DNA of 38,666 nucleotides from Intoshia linei (Eukaryota; Animalia; Orthonectida): NCBI GenBank assembly GCA_001642005.1, contig LWCA01000225.1, positions 1 to 38,666 of the forward strand, read 5' to 3'. Shown piece by piece: positions 37,606 to 38,666 of this stretch (position 1 is its first letter; each line of letters starts with the position of its first letter). The notes under the pieces were generated by a model. It saw only the letters and a program-made list of their open reading frames with translations, ran no database searches and was not told where the DNA came from. The position numbers and the translations under genes were made by a program.

Positions 37606-37688
37606 TCAATATCCACAAGTCTGACTGTATATTGGTTTCTAGGTTATAGACCAGATAACGCGACAAATATCATAATGTAAATGACAAC
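37606..37688 (-). pseudogene. Possible decayed ShK pseudo-exon
   Basis: Reads CHLHYDICRVIWSIT*KPIYSQTCGY*. The acceptor is TG instead of AG, and TGG, TAC and TGA sit at or near expected Cys positions. Confidence 0.35.
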
Positions 37689-37785
37689 CAAATAGCAAGA
37701 TGATTTCGGAGGTAATACTAAAACACAGTATTACTCAAATCTAAATACGTGAATCGAATACACGAGCTAAGCTTATCATATAACA

Positions 37786-38666
37786 TCCTAACTCATATAA
37801 AGTGCGACGCGATTTTTGTTTGTGTCTGTGTGTGTTACTTTTTTGAAATAACTAGCACTCTTAAAATTTTTTAAAGACCACATTTCAATTACAGTTTTTT
37901 CCGGGGCGTATAATAAAGTAAATTTCAACCTCCCAATTTTACATCTTAAGAGTCAAAAACCCCTGTTGTCCCTCTTTTAGAAAATTAAACGAGTTGGAGA
38001 ATTTAAAAAAAATATATACGCTGATGCGGATTTTAAAATCATAAACATTATCATAAATTAAATTTAAAAAAATTATTACTTCATAGCCAAAACCCCAAAT
38101 TCCCTTCCTTTTTTTTGAAAACAGCCCTAGAATTTCAAAAATATTACAGGTGGTAGAGTTGTATCATGTTAACACACATAAAACTTTTCAATACGAATAA
38201 GTGATGACTTCACGGCCAAAAAAGCATTTTAGTATTCATATATTTTTTTTCCAAAATATTTTATTAAAACAAAAAATATGAAATAATTAACGGTTCGAAA
38301 GTTTAAAAAAAAAAATATTCTGATAGAGCTTATTCCATTTGATATAAATACAAAATTTCAACCCCAGAAATCTACGCATTCCCAGTGAAAAATAATTTTT
38401 AATATATTATCAACCAATATTTTTCAAATATTTCGAATTAAAATCAAAAATTAAAAATGTAAATATTAATACTACAATTTTAAAAAAATGTGGATTGTAC
38501 GTCTACACATTTCCAGTCAAGACATATATGTGAAAATCTATATAATTCATTCCTTCGGAATTTTTTTCATTGCTACGCAATTTTCAAATTTCAAATTTTC
38601 ATTTTCCAAACAATTTTGAACAACATCTACGGCAACGAATTTATAAAATTTTTGATACTAACTTAA
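37786..38666 (+). mobile_element. Helitron-like family copy (5' portion, runs off the window)
   Basis: A|TCCTAACTCATATAAA start and GT/CTGT microsatellite, followed by blocks shared with 967-1215, 9040-9576, 12290-12588 and 31500-31800. Confidence 0.7.

Overview
Very AT-rich, intron-containing animal (metazoan) genomic DNA with a class of very short 35-50 bp GT-AG introns. A compact parasite genome such as an orthonectid would fit, but that is inference only. Five genes were reconstructed by hand-splicing. (1) The 3' part (13 exons, + strand) of a divergent muscle-type myosin II heavy-chain rod. (2) A 3-exon alpha-arrestin (-). (3) An intronless WDR55-like WD40 gene (-). (4) A short Sel1-repeat, DELE1-like gene (-). 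(5) A large - strand gene mostly missed by the ORF track (22505-37105, 5' end outside the window): 21 small phase-1 exons encoding at least 18 ShK toxin-like domains and a C-terminal PLAC-like domain. In that gene one exon encodes one domain, the exons form a 4-exon super-repeat, and every second junction builds the last Cys codon across the intron (T|GT or T|GC), giving linker-less ShK-ShK pairs. Introns and intergenic DNA hold many copies of a non-autonomous Helitron-like family, plus hAT, Tc1 (DD34E), piggyBac-like and TA-flanked MITE elements, including a nested cluster at about 20.15-22.4 kb. No rRNA, tRNA or CRISPR array was recognised. Exon boundaries are manual predictions, and family assignments come from motif recognition, not database searches.
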